This document shows positions 63,595 to 64,000 of a stretch of 64,000 nt of DNA, one piece after another; within the stretch, counting starts at the first letter, position 1, and each line of letters begins with the position of its first letter. The notes under the pieces were generated by a model. It was given only the letters and a program-made list of their open reading frames with translations. It made no database searches and was not told the origin of the DNA. A program made the position numbers and the translations under genes. Origin of the DNA: Perkinsela sp. CCAP 1560/9 (lineage: Eukaryota > Protista > Euglenozoa: Kinetoplastea); the NCBI GenBank assembly GCA_965644495.1, contig CBFFSA010000003.1:248001-312000 (forward strand), read 5' to 3'.

Positions 63595-64000
63595 TTATGG
63601 GAGGAAACGTGGAATAAATGAGAAAATAGAAAAAAGACTAAGGACAAAGGATTATACGTTGTGCAGTTCGCTTTAAGCACTTTATCGTACTTTATTGTAC
63701 TTTATTGTTTTTCTAGACAAACCCTATGTGCCGCTTTTATATCCAGACCCTCACCTAATATTCAAACCTACCCATTCTACCATGGCAGAGTACATTCCCC
63801 CCCTCCCTGCCCCCCTACACCGCTACCGTATCACTCGGATACCTCCCCGGGATAGATTCCTCTACCCCTTTTTCCTTTTCCTTCCCCCCCTCCCCCTTTT
63901 CCCTCTCCTCCACCCCTTTATCCCCACGCTGCCGATGCACCCGGAAGCCATAAATCCGAGGCACGTAGGCAGCACTCGGCCTGTTCTTATCCATTTCAAG

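Noticed and set aside
63780-64000. Possible 3' end of another minus-strand gene
   Set aside because: Frame and identity cannot be determined from the fragment.

Overview
Eukaryotic, intron-less, gene-dense DNA with about 33 housekeeping genes head-to-tail on the minus strand, the layout of a kinetoplastid polycistronic gene cluster. Kinetoplastid markers are an MRP1/2 guide-RNA annealing protein, a TUT4-type uridylyltransferase, a CLK/KKT10-19 kinase, a PPR protein, a bacterial-type topoisomerase IA with a mitochondrial-type leader, and eL41 with an N-terminal extension. The compactness and the LRR family suggest a Perkinsela-like prokinetoplastid, but that is inference. AT-rich islands (1-350, 19.4-26.9 kb, 29.3-32.4 kb) interrupt the cluster and carry cut-and-paste DNA transposons of four superfamilies (Tc1 DD35E, pogo/Tigger, Harbinger/ISL2EU-like, hAT) plus MITEs. 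The largest island also holds four copies of a box C/D snoRNA whose D' guide matches a conserved LSU rRNA site. The most unusual structural signal is a set of GC-rich islands where strand skew flips from C-rich to G-rich at a point inside a gene, overriding codon usage. All calls come from motif recognition by eye; no searches were run.
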